Shown: one piece after another, positions 40,689-49,927 of the stretch | Layout of the letters: every line of letters begins with the position of its first letter | How positions within the stretch are numbered: position 1 is the stretch's first letter | Source of the DNA: Candidatus Pelearchaeum maunauluense | GTDB taxonomy: Archaea; Thermoproteota; Nitrososphaeria_A; Caldarchaeales; Caldarchaeaceae | Assembly: GCA_030059675.1 (NCBI GenBank) | Contig: JANVYQ010000005.1 | Location: 58,372 to 122,371, forward strand | DNA length: 64,000 bases | Direction: 5' to 3' | The notes under the pieces: generated by a model | Database searches by the model: none | Told to the model about the DNA's origin: nothing | What the model saw: the letters and a program-made list of their open reading frames with translations, nothing else | Position numbers and translations under genes: made by a program

Positions 40689-41222
40689 CTATCGTCTGGA
40701 CTTTAAAGCCAAGACGCCGCTCACGGCTACGATTATCTCGCTAACCAGCCTCGCGACGAAGCCAGGGATGTTGAAGAGGTATGCGGCGAAGGACTGGGGG
40801 CTGAATGCTTGTTCAAGGAAGCCTCTACGCGCAGCGGCATCCATGCCTAAGAGAAAGTCGCGGAATTCTGGTGGAACTATGAGCTGTGGATTCTCCTCAG
40901 CGGCCTTGAGGAGGGCGTCAACATAGTATGAGCCCGTCAGTGGGTTCAGCAACATGGCCAGCACCTGTAAGATGCCCCACACCAGACCTAGCTTCAAAAA
41001 CTTCGCAGGCCTCGCTAGCACTAGGCCAGCGGCGACAAAATCAATCAACACCATCACGACCAAAGCCGTCGAGTGAGGCACAGGCGCCCATATCCAGTTA
41101 TCAGCCCACAAGAGGCGTTGAGGCGGGCCTATGACCGCGTCCTCAACTAGTATGTAAATCCCGAAGACCCCTGAGAGGAGTAAGAATATGCCCGTAAGTT
41201 TCTGAAACATGTTCAACGACAC
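40689..41222 (-). CDS. Hypothetical multi-pass membrane protein
   Basis: About 4 hydrophobic segments; upstream GGGAAAG-TTTTAAA promoter on the minus strand. Confidence 0.6.
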   Translation of the reverse strand: MSLNMFQKLTGIFLLLSGVFGIYILVEDAVIGPPQRLLWADNWIWAPVPHSTALVVMVLIDFVAAGLVLARPAKFLKLGLVWGILQVLAMLLNPLTGSYYVDALLKAAEENPQLIVPPEFRDFLLGMDAAARRGFLEQAFSPQSFAAYLFNIPGFVARLVSEIIVAVSGVLALKSRR

Positions 41223-41336
41223 GAGGTTTTCAGCTCTATATATTGTTTTTAAAACTTTCCCAAAATATAGTCAACGATATTTTTGGATGGGGGAATCATT
41301 ATTTATCTAACTAAATCTAGGAAAAATCGTTAATCC

Positions 41337-42545
41337 TTGTTTGGAAAATACTCACCAACGCTTGCCGTTGGTTTTGTCAAGCGTGGAGACGTTCTAATAT
41401 CAATAGCTGTTCAGGTTTTTCTTGGTTTTTCCCTCGCTCATGGTTATGATTTTCGTGTTGGGTATGTTGCTGGGAGAAACATCGCTATGGGGTCATCTCC
41501 CTATTTTGGAGGTGAGCTGAGCGGCGAGTTGGCGGTTGGATACGGCGCTGATGTTCAAGGAATAGGTGAAACACCACTATGGGCGCTCTATATGGGCCTA
41601 GCTTACATAGCGTCATCAGGCTCTCCCCTGCTCTTCAACATGATAACCAAGATACCGATAATCGCGGCTAACGTCTCACTCGCATACCTCCTATTTACAC
41701 GCGGAAACCAGGGATGGAGATTCTTCCTCTTCAACCCATTTCTCATACTTGTCTCCTCAACGTGGGGCAAGGCGGATAACCTAGCAACGCTACTAATCGT
41801 GCTGGGGCTTATGCGTCTCTACTCAATAAAGACATCAGCGACCAGCGTGTCGCTCTCCATACTGATTAAGCCGCTCATAGTCGCTGTCATTCCAGCCTTT
41901 CTAGGCTATCTAAGGGCATTATCTAAACGCGCGTGGCTCTACCTGGCGTATGCTATTGCGATAAGCTCGGCTATCTTCTTAACGCCCTTCATGCTGTTGG
42001 GCTGGCCTCTCGCGACGCTAATCATCGGCTTCCCCAACTGGTTCAGATCAGTGGGCGGAATATCGCCGTTTAACATAGTGAGCATATCTTTAGGAGGCTA
42101 TACGCTTCCCGCAGAACTTGCATGGCTCTCCTACACCGCTCCAATAGCCATGCTGGCTCTCAGCATATTAGCTATTATACGCCCACCCAAGAGCTTTGAA
42201 GAAGCATGCAAGCTTGCTCTACTATCGGCTGCATTTTTCTTCACAGCTAGGCCATGGGTTTCGGAGCAGAACCTAGTACTGGTTCTTACGCTGCTCATAC
42301 TCGTATATGGTTGTATGCCGTCTAGGCTTCTCTGGGCTGTGCCCCTCCTCTTCATGATAGCCAACAACTCCCTACCTCAGCAGCTCTACTTGGTGTGGCC
42401 GCAGGTTATTGAGTGGCTTGCGTCTCTGGACACGTACATAAAGCCCTACAGGCTTGCCGCGCAGGTGGGGCTGACGATGGCCTGGCTGGCTGTGCTGTGG
42501 AGGTATGTGGTATGCGCGTATAGAGGAGGTATGGGGCAGGATTGA
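41337..42545 (+). CDS. Polytopic membrane protein, GT-C-fold glycosyltransferase-like (GT87/PIG-M-like)
   Basis: HGYDF first loop, TKIPII.AN, FLFNPFLILVSSTWGKADNL and LIKPL, typical of lipid-linked-donor glycosyltransferases. Confidence 0.6.
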   Translation: MFGKYSPTLAVGFVKRGDVLISIAVQVFLGFSLAHGYDFRVGYVAGRNIAMGSSPYFGGELSGELAVGYGADVQGIGETPLWALYMGLAYIASSGSPLLFNMITKIPIIAANVSLAYLLFTRGNQGWRFFLFNPFLILVSSTWGKADNLATLLIVLGLMRLYSIKTSATSVSLSILIKPLIVAVIPAFLGYLRALSKRAWLYLAYAIAISSAIFLTPFMLLGWPLATLIIGFPNWFRSVGGISPFNIVSISLGGYTLPAELAWLSYTAPIAMLALSILAIIRPPKSFEEACKLALLSAAFFFTARPWVSEQNLVLVLTLLILVYGCMPSRLLWAVPLLFMIANNSLPQQLYLVWPQVIEWLASLDTYIKPYRLAAQVGLTMAWLAVLWRYVVCAYRGGMGQD

Positions 42546-43399
42546 GCAGGCTTATAGCATACTCGCTATCCATAACACACTTCCTATGGTCTCTCTCACT
42601 CTTACTTGAGCCTTGGAGATACTCTGCTAAGTCAGTTGCACCGCAGCTCCTCGCCCTACTACACATAATAACCGCTGTACTACTGCTGGCAAGCAAGACA
42701 GCAATATTAGGAGGCTCCATCAGCGCCGCTATCCTAACATACTACTGGATATGGGTCAAGCCCATAGAGCCGATAGCAGAGCCTCAGAGCGTTGGAATAA
42801 TCGCAATATCAACAATATTCCTCATACCATACCTGCATAGGATACTTGGTTCTCCTTTGGCTGGTGGGGATACCGCGCTGCTCCTATTACGTCTTGGCGT
42901 TGCATATCCGTTTGTTGAGTGGGGGCTTGACGCCTTCAGAAACCCAGCGCACTTCATAGCTTTCTTCAGCAGCAACATAGTAACGAGGGCAATCATACCA
43001 GTGGAGTATATGCTCCCAGCTTCTTATGTGCTGGGCGTTTTTGAGCTTGTTGTTGCTTTGTCTCTGGTTCTCGGCATAGCTCCACGCGCCAGCGCTGTCG
43101 CCAGCTTTACCTCCTTGGTCGTCTTCAGTGCTATCGCTGGCTACCCTCTTGCTCTACCGCAGAATATAGCCCTCGCAGCAGCGTCGCTATACATATACAA
43201 GCGCGGGGCTGGTAGATACTCTGCTCAAGCCATACGCTTAAGCAGAGTCATGGAAAAGGTGTTAAAAGGAGTTTTTTGGCTTGGGCTGGGGCAAACAAAC
43301 CAACCACAAGAGAACCCAACAAGAACCGGGTTGTCAAACTTCGTAACCGACCCTCATATAGGGGTTCTGACCTGCGTAGTCTTTCATGGGCATACGTAG
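42542..43399 (+). CDS. DoxX-family membrane protein (two DoxX-like halves)
   Basis: LLLRLGVAYPFVEWG, GVFELVVALSLVLG and GAGRYS; the last ~40 aa look like run-on into the adjacent IS remnant. Confidence 0.6.
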   Translation: MSRLIAYSLSITHFLWSLSLLLEPWRYSAKSVAPQLLALLHIITAVLLLASKTAILGGSISAAILTYYWIWVKPIEPIAEPQSVGIIAISTIFLIPYLHRILGSPLAGGDTALLLLRLGVAYPFVEWGLDAFRNPAHFIAFFSSNIVTRAIIPVEYMLPASYVLGVFELVVALSLVLGIAPRASAVASFTSLVVFSAIAGYPLALPQNIALAAASLYIYKRGAGRYSAQAIRLSRVMEKVLKGVFWLGLGQTNQPQENPTRTGLSNFVTDPHIGVLTCVVFHGHT

Positions 43400-43590
43400 G
43401 TCTTGGGATTCATCAGCCTCGGGGCTCCTCATGGGTTCATTGAAGCCCTCATAAGCTCTTGGAAGAGCCTTAGGCCTGGGGAAAGCCCCTCCATCTGAAG
43501 TCTATCTATCTTGAAACTGCTGACTACGGCGGTTAAACACTACATTCCTAACGCGCACAAACTGATACAACCTTCTAGGACAGCTCAACG
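43363..43590 (-). mobile_element. Degenerate IS200/IS605-family tnpB 3' end / right-end remnant
   Basis: Minus-strand fragments SCPR...VVFNRRS/SSFKIDR-LQMEGLSPGLRLFQELMR and PRLMNPKTYVCP, ending in CAGAACC, resemble archaeal TnpB zinc-ribbon and RuvC-III C-termini as I recall them. Confidence 0.5.
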
Positions 43591-43839
43591 CAACGATACC
43601 TAAGCGCTTAATAACAAAACCTCAGAATAAAATTATGATGCATCACAACAATTATTGTATACCACTCCTAACGGGCTATTCTCGCTACCTTTCGTTCTTA
43701 ACTACTCTATTCGCAAGTAATAATTCGGATTTAGAAAAATAGGCACATTTTCCTCCTATTTCAGAGTAAGCCTAGACATAATTTTGGAATACCTCTGAAG
43801 TTGGGAAAGAATAATCATAAAAATACTTCATGTGCCAAG

Positions 43840-45294
43840 CTATCCTTTTACCACTCCTATTGGTACTAATCTAGCTACTTTGGTTCCTATTCCTACTTGG
43901 TGGCTGACCTCTACTACTTCATCCACCGATTTGTATGCTGCGTCTACCTCTTCCACAATTGTTGCCATGCTGTCTCCTTTTACGTAGATCCCTCGGCTTT
44001 CCAAGTCTCTTACCACCTGGTCTCCCCTATATCTACGCTTAGCGCCAGCCCTGCTCATTTCGCGGCCAGCACCATGAGCAGTTGAGCCGAAGCTAAGCTC
44101 CATGGCCTTCGGGTTGCCTAGCAAAACCCAACTCGCGGTACCCATAGAGCCAGGTATCAACACTGGCTGACCAATCTCGCGGTAGTCGGTAGGTATTAGA
44201 GGATGCCCAGCGGGAAAACTGCGCGTAGCTCCCTTACGATGAACAAGCACCTCCTTGGTCTCGCCATCAACCTTATGCTTCTCAAACTTCGCAATGTTAT
44301 GACATACATCATAAACTATCTTCATTCCTAAGTCCTCTGGGTCTTGCTTGAATACTCTTTGGAAGCTTTGTCTTACCCAGTGGCTTATTGCCTGTCTGTT
44401 GGCGAAGGCGAAGTTTACTGCGCATTTGAATGCTTTTAGGTATTGTTGTGCTTCGTTGCTTTTGATTGGAACGCATGCGAGTTCTCTATCTGGTAGTCTT
44501 ATTCCATACTTGACTGCGCCGCGTTCCATTACTCTTAGGTAGTCGCTGCATATCTGGTGGCCGTATCCCCTGCTTCCGCAGTGTATCAGGACTGTAACTT
44601 GCCCTTCGTGGGTTATTCCCATAACCTTGGCCGCGCGTTCATCAAATATCTTATCCACGCGCTGCACCTCTAGGAAGTGGTTTCCACTACCCAGCGTGCC
44701 TATCTGCGCCTCACCCCTACTCTTGGCTGTTGACGAGACCACCGACGGGTCTGCGCCATCAATAGCGCCAGACTCCTCCATATGGCGAAAGTCCTCATTC
44801 CAGCCAAGGCCATATCTCTCAATTATGTAACGCGCGCCTTCTATGACTATTCTGTCAAGGTCGCTGTGCGTTACGTGGAAGTCTTTGCGCCTGCTTCCCA
44901 GGCCTGCTGGGACGTTGAGGAATATCGTGTCTATCAGCTCCTTTACCCGCGGCCTTACATCCTTCACATCAAGGTTTGTAACCATTAACCTGACACCGCA
45001 GTTTATGTCGTATCCTATTCCTCCAGGCGATATTACTCCTGTCTCAACGTCCATCGCTGCTACTCCGCCTATTGGGAAGCCGTATCCTTCATGTGCATCG
45101 GGCAGGACTGTGCATTGTTTCTGTATTCCTGGTAGTGTTGCCACGTTCACTGCTTGTTCAAGTGTTCTGTCTTGTTGCATCTTCTGTAGTAGGCGTTCGG
45201 AGGCGTAGATTATGACTGGTACCCGCATGCTGCTTTGGTAGGTCTGTGGTATTTTCCAGATATGGTTGCCTATTCGCTGAAGAGGCGGCGCCAT
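43840..45294 (-). CDS. rtcB: RNA-splicing ligase RtcB
   Basis: PDAHEGYGFPIGG, GYDINCG, GSGNHFLE, HNIAK, HRKGAT, PGSMG and HGAGR; ATG 45294 preferred over track start 45507. Confidence 0.96.
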   Translation of the reverse strand: MAPPLQRIGNHIWKIPQTYQSSMRVPVIIYASERLLQKMQQDRTLEQAVNVATLPGIQKQCTVLPDAHEGYGFPIGGVAAMDVETGVISPGGIGYDINCGVRLMVTNLDVKDVRPRVKELIDTIFLNVPAGLGSRRKDFHVTHSDLDRIVIEGARYIIERYGLGWNEDFRHMEESGAIDGADPSVVSSTAKSRGEAQIGTLGSGNHFLEVQRVDKIFDERAAKVMGITHEGQVTVLIHCGSRGYGHQICSDYLRVMERGAVKYGIRLPDRELACVPIKSNEAQQYLKAFKCAVNFAFANRQAISHWVRQSFQRVFKQDPEDLGMKIVYDVCHNIAKFEKHKVDGETKEVLVHRKGATRSFPAGHPLIPTDYREIGQPVLIPGSMGTASWVLLGNPKAMELSFGSTAHGAGREMSRAGAKRRYRGDQVVRDLESRGIYVKGDSMATIVEEVDAAYKSVDEVVEVSHQVGIGTKVARLVPIGVVKG

Positions 45295-45346
45295 AACACT
45301 ACACCTTATTGTTGTATTATCTTTATGTTGTTGTATCCGTGCCGCG

Positions 45347-45476
45347 TATATTAAGTATTTCCCCCCAACCACAACAACGTAGCCATAATCAACGATTGTG
45401 CTATAGAGTTTCAACAAAACCTGACATTTCTTAGGTTTGGGGGGAAAGGGTTTAAATCTAATTCTCGCCATTAGAT
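45347..45476. promoter_or_regulatory. Divergent rtcB/cdc48 promoter region with an 11-bp inverted repeat and a candidate operator
   Basis: TTGGGGGGAAA precedes the TATA-like element on both strands (45358-45368 and 45437-45447); ATCTAAT-N7-ATTAGAT at 45456-45476 abuts the cdc48 TATA. Confidence 0.6.
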
Positions 45477-45500
45477 AGTTGCTGGCTGGTGTTTTAAAGA

Positions 45501-47672
45501 ATGACAATACCGCGTAGGAAAGAGGTCAGCCTAAGGGTCTCTGAGGCGCGGCAGCGCGACATAGGTAGGAAGATAGCTAGAGTGGATAGCCACGCCATGA
45601 GGGAGCTTGAGCTGAATCCAGGAGATTTGGTTGAGATTGTTGGTAAGAGGGCTACCGTGGCTATAGTGTGGCCTCCCTACCGCGAGGATGATGGCCAGGG
45701 GATAATAAGGATTGACGGCGAGATAAGGCGAAACGCAGGCGTTACAGTTGGAGAGTATGTCCGCGTGAGCAAGACTATGGCTAAGCCAGCAACCAAGATA
45801 GTTCTAGCCCCCTTCGAGCCCCTCCCCTTCGTGGGAGACTTCGGCCGCATAGTTAGGGGGCAGTTGCTCAACATGCCCGTAGCCAAGGGCGACATAATAG
45901 TAGTCCCAGTCCTTGGAATGGGTGTTGAGCTTAAGGTAGCATCCACAAGCCCCTCCTCGGTTGTCATGGTTACTGAGAGCACTGTTATTGAGATCAGCAC
46001 AACCCCAGCGAAACGTATTGAGGAGGCCTCAGGAGTAACCTATGAGGATATAGGAGGACTTCATGAAGAGTTGCAGCGCATTAGGGAGATGATTGAGCTC
46101 CCGCTGAAGCATCCTGAGCTCTTTAAACATCTCGGAATAGAGCCGCCGAAGGGAGTTATCCTCTATGGGCCGCCTGGGACTGGTAAGACGTTGATAGCTA
46201 AGGCTATAGCCAACGAGACGGGTGCGCACTTCATAACGATAAACGGCCCTGAGATTATGAGCAAGTTTTACGGCGAGTCTGAAGCGCGTCTCCGCGAGGT
46301 ATTTCAGGAGGGCGAGCAGAACGCTCCTAGTATTATATTCATAGACGAGTTGGACGCGATAGCGCCGAAGCGCGGCGAGGTTACTGGAGAGGTTGAGAGG
46401 AGGGTTGTCTCCCAGCTCCTCACCTTGATGGACGGCCTACGCGGCCGTGGGCAGGTCATAGTGATAGGTGCTACTAACAGGATAGAGGCGATAGACCCAG
46501 CGCTCAGAAGGCCTGGCAGGTTTGACCGCGAGATAAGGGTCGGCGTACCAGACAAGAACGGAAGGAAGGAGATACTCCTCATACATACTAGGCGTATGCC
46601 CCTTGCCGATGATGTGGACCTTGATGAACTGGCTGAGATAACCTATGGGTTTGTTGGCGCAGACTTGGCGGCGCTATGCCGTGAGGCGGCTATGAATGCG
46701 CTGAGAAGATTCCTGCCTAAGATAGACCTTGAGAAGGAGATAATCCCCGCTGAGGTTCTTGAGCAGATTAAGGTCTCGCGCGAAGACTTTGCTAATGCGC
46801 TTAAGATGATACAGCCATCAGCCCTCCGCGAGGTAATCTTAGAGGTCCCCAACGTTAAGTGGGAGGATATAGGGGGTCTTGAGAGCGTCAAGCAGGAGCT
46901 GCGGGAGGCTGTTGAATGGCCGCTCAAATACTCGGAGGTCTTCAAACGGCTGGGAATAAGACCGCCGCGTGGTATATTGCTCTACGGGCCGCCTGGGACT
47001 GGTAAGACGCTGCTCGCCAAGGCTGTAGCTACCGAGAGTCAGGCCAACTTCATAAGCGTTAAAGGACCTGAAGTCTTATCAAAGTGGGTAGGCGAGTCTG
47101 AGAAGGCTATCCGTGAAATATTTAGAAAAGCCAGAGAAACAGCTCCGTGCATAATCTTCTTCGACGAGCTGGACTCGATAGCGCCTAGACGCGGTGTGCA
47201 TACTGACGCGGGTGTTACGGATAGGATTGTGAATCAGCTCTTGACTGAGATGGATGGTATGCAGACTCTTAAGGGCGTTGTCGTTATCGGCGCTACCAAT
47301 AGGCCAGATATTCTCGACCCAGCACTGCTAAGGCCTGGCAGGTTTGACAGGGTTCTCTATGTCCCGCCTCCAGACAGGCAGGCTAGGCTCCATATATTCA
47401 AGATACACACCCGCGAGATGCCGCTTGACAAAGATGTCGACCTTGAGAGGCTGGCTGCCATGACCGAGGGATATACTGGCGCTGATATTGAGTCTGTCGT
47501 CCGCGAAGCAGCATTACAGGCTGCTAGGGAGAACATAAACGCGCAGGTCGTCTCCATGCGGCACTTCGAGGCTGCTCTCTCAAAGGTGAAGGCAAGCGTG
47601 AGTGAGGAGGCCAAGACAGAGTACGAGAAGATTATGAGCGACTTTAAGCGGAGCATGGCATACATCAGCTAA
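45501..47672 (+). CDS. cdc48: Cdc48/VAT AAA+ ATPase
   Basis: N-domain plus two AAA modules (GPPGTGKT x2, RPGRFDR x2); C-terminal AYIS. Confidence 0.96.
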   Translation: MTIPRRKEVSLRVSEARQRDIGRKIARVDSHAMRELELNPGDLVEIVGKRATVAIVWPPYREDDGQGIIRIDGEIRRNAGVTVGEYVRVSKTMAKPATKIVLAPFEPLPFVGDFGRIVRGQLLNMPVAKGDIIVVPVLGMGVELKVASTSPSSVVMVTESTVIEISTTPAKRIEEASGVTYEDIGGLHEELQRIREMIELPLKHPELFKHLGIEPPKGVILYGPPGTGKTLIAKAIANETGAHFITINGPEIMSKFYGESEARLREVFQEGEQNAPSIIFIDELDAIAPKRGEVTGEVERRVVSQLLTLMDGLRGRGQVIVIGATNRIEAIDPALRRPGRFDREIRVGVPDKNGRKEILLIHTRRMPLADDVDLDELAEITYGFVGADLAALCREAAMNALRRFLPKIDLEKEIIPAEVLEQIKVSREDFANALKMIQPSALREVILEVPNVKWEDIGGLESVKQELREAVEWPLKYSEVFKRLGIRPPRGILLYGPPGTGKTLLAKAVATESQANFISVKGPEVLSKWVGESEKAIREIFRKARETAPCIIFFDELDSIAPRRGVHTDAGVTDRIVNQLLTEMDGMQTLKGVVVIGATNRPDILDPALLRPGRFDRVLYVPPPDRQARLHIFKIHTREMPLDKDVDLERLAAMTEGYTGADIESVVREAALQAARENINAQVVSMRHFEAALSKVKASVSEEAKTEYEKIMSDFKRSMAYIS

Positions 47673-47806
47673 CTCCATATTTTCCACCCTTCGCGAGATT
47701 AGCGGGGTAGTATCAACGACATGCGCTACGTAGTATGACTACCAGCTCTGCTCCGAACCCTCTAAATACATCGCTGCACGAGACCGCCCCAAGCAGTGAT
47801 GAGGAT

Positions 47807-48418
47807 ATGAGACTACCCTGGAAAGCAGAGAAGGCCGTCGTTAAGCGCGTCAGCTATCAAGACAGGATGATAGAGATTTTGACGCAGCTAAAGATACAGT
47901 CTGAGAAGCTTAATAGGACTGTTGAGCGGCTCAAGCATCGCGGGAAAGAGCTCTTCGAGCAGTGTGTAAGGGCTGAACAGGAGCGCGACACTGCTAGGGC
48001 TACGATATATGCCAACGAGATAGCGCAGCTACGTAAAATGACTAGAACAATACTGAAGAGCCAGATGTCCCTCGACAAGGTTATCCTTAGGCTGGAGACG
48101 GTTAAGGAGTTTGGCGATGTTATGCATGTTCTAGGCCCTGCGACATCGATAATCAGGCAGGTTCAGACGGAGCTTTCTGGTCTGGTTCCAGAGGTTGCCC
48201 ACAACCTTAGGCGCGTGGATGAGATGCTTGAGGGTGTTATAATAGAGGCGGGCAACGTAACGGGTGCTAGCCTCTATGTGTCTACAAGCGACAGCGAGGC
48301 TCAGAAGATTCTCGAAGAGGCTTCCGAGATAGCGGCGCAGCGCATGAAGACGAGCTTCCCAGACCTCCCAGAGAGCTACAAACACCTAGAGCCGTCGCAA
48401 GAGCCGCGTGTAGAGTAA
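47807..48418 (+). CDS. cdvB: ESCRT-III/Snf7-family CdvB paralog
   Basis: RATIYANEIAQLRK, LRLETVKEFGD and EAQKILEEAS..A...MK..FPDLP (MIM2-like); no C-terminal wHTH; ATG 47807 preferred. Confidence 0.85.
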   Translation: MRLPWKAEKAVVKRVSYQDRMIEILTQLKIQSEKLNRTVERLKHRGKELFEQCVRAEQERDTARATIYANEIAQLRKMTRTILKSQMSLDKVILRLETVKEFGDVMHVLGPATSIIRQVQTELSGLVPEVAHNLRRVDEMLEGVIIEAGNVTGASLYVSTSDSEAQKILEEASEIAAQRMKTSFPDLPESYKHLEPSQEPRVE

Positions 48419-48434
48419 AAAATACTCCATCCCA

Positions 48435-48806
48435 TCATTCTTTTTCCTCGTATATCTTCTCAGCACCTCTGACACAGAGGAAGACCAGCTTATCGTCCCC
48501 TATGTTTATGAATTGATGGAGCTCGTTGGAGCCTATGTAGATTGTATCCCCCTCTTTGACCACGCGTGTTTTCCTCACACCATCCTGCTCATAGACCAGT
48601 GTTGCCACGCCCTTGGCTATGTATACCTCGTGCTCGTATATGTGGCGGTCAAGCGGTGTCTTGCCGCCTTTATCAACCTCGTAGAGCCTTAGGTAGAAGT
48701 TCTTAGCACCATGCTCCTCACCCACCAGATACTTTACGCGGACACCAACAGCATCGCCTTTCTCCAACTCCTTAAACTCAACATCCCCCACATTAACCAC
48801 ATACAC
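48435..48806 (-). CDS. Cupin-domain protein
   Basis: GAKNFYLR, TPLDRHIYEHEVY and ELHQF.N metal-binding cupin motifs. Confidence 0.85.
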   Translation of the reverse strand: MYVVNVGDVEFKELEKGDAVGVRVKYLVGEEHGAKNFYLRLYEVDKGGKTPLDRHIYEHEVYIAKGVATLVYEQDGVRKTRVVKEGDTIYIGSNELHQFINIGDDKLVFLCVRGAEKIYEEKE

Positions 48807-48904
48807 GTCCCTTCCCCACCTCTCCGACAGCCGCCATGATTTCCCTTGCTTATTTGCCTAATGCTAATTATTAATAGCCTTATACTTGGTTGGGAGAGAA
48901 TGGG

Positions 48905-49927
48905 ATGAAGGCGGCTGTTTTTTACGGCCCTGGCGATGTGCGGCTGGAGGATGTGGATAGGCCTAGTGCTGGTGTTGGTGATGTCGTTATCCGCGTGGAG
49001 GCTGCTCTTAGCTGTGGGACTGATTTGAAGACGTTTAGGCGTGGGCACCCCCTTATGAGACCACCCCGCGTCATGGGTCATGAGTATAGCGGCGTGGTCG
49101 TTGAGGCTGGTGAAGATTCTGGGTTTGAGGTAGGCGATAGGGTTGCTGGCGTCAATTCAGGCCCATGCATGAGCTGCAAATACTGCTCGCGTGGTAGGGA
49201 GAATCTATGCGAGAGCCTTGAGGAGACGCTTATAGGCTTCACATCCAACGGCGCGTTCGCGGAGTACTGCCTAATCCCACGCCGCGTGGCTAGGGTTAAC
49301 CTCCTCAAACTAGCCAGCAACACACCATTTGAGGAAGCCGCATTCCTAGAGCCCCTCTCATGCGTAATACACGGACTGAATCTCCTAGAGCTCAACGTCG
49401 CAAAGATAGCGATACTGGGCTCAGGCTCTATAGGCTTACTCCACTTGCAGGCTGTTAAACAACTCTCCCCAGATGCGCGGGTTAGTGTCTTTGACCCGCA
49501 CTGGGAGAAGCTTTCCCTCGCCGAGAAGCTGGGGGCTGACAGGGTTGTGAATATCAGGGAGGAGAGCTTCTCCAAATATGAGAGGATGTTTGACCTGGTT
49601 ATAGAGGCTGTGGGCCGCGTTGAGGCCTGGGAGGCTGCTGCGCGTCTTGTAGACAGGGGCGGTACTGCTCTCTTCTTTGGAGGCTGCCCGCGCGGGACTA
49701 CTATATCGCTGGATACGTATAGGGTGCATTATGAGGAGCTACGTCTCTTAGGTGCTTTTCACCATACGCCGCGCGACGTTAAGAGGGCTTTACAGCTCAT
49801 AGAGTCTGGTAGGATGAGGCTCCGCGAGCTGATAGGGATGACTATAAACTTGGACAGGATTGGCGAGGCCTTCCAACTTCTCCAGCGCGGCGAGGCGGCG
49901 AAAATACTCATCAAGCCCAACGGCTAG
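48905..49927 (+). CDS. Zinc-dependent (MDR) alcohol/polyol dehydrogenase
   Basis: CGTD, GHE, CMSCKYC...C, EPLSC and GSGSIG. Confidence 0.9.
   Translation: MKAAVFYGPGDVRLEDVDRPSAGVGDVVIRVEAALSCGTDLKTFRRGHPLMRPPRVMGHEYSGVVVEAGEDSGFEVGDRVAGVNSGPCMSCKYCSRGRENLCESLEETLIGFTSNGAFAEYCLIPRRVARVNLLKLASNTPFEEAAFLEPLSCVIHGLNLLELNVAKIAILGSGSIGLLHLQAVKQLSPDARVSVFDPHWEKLSLAEKLGADRVVNIREESFSKYERMFDLVIEAVGRVEAWEAAARLVDRGGTALFFGGCPRGTTISLDTYRVHYEELRLLGAFHHTPRDVKRALQLIESGRMRLRELIGMTINLDRIGEAFQLLQRGEAAKILIKPNG

Noticed and set aside
43635-43742. 35-codon plus-strand ORF (MMHHNNYCIPLL...) in the AT-rich gap before rtcB
   Set aside because: No SD or motif and atypical composition; cannot be supported.
45295-45507. 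71-aa N-terminal extension of RtcB in the ORF track (also extensions of E2, CoA-binding protein, ICMT-like protein and GDH)
   Set aside because: The extensions run through promoter regions or overlap divergent genes; downstream starts match family lengths and TATA spacing.
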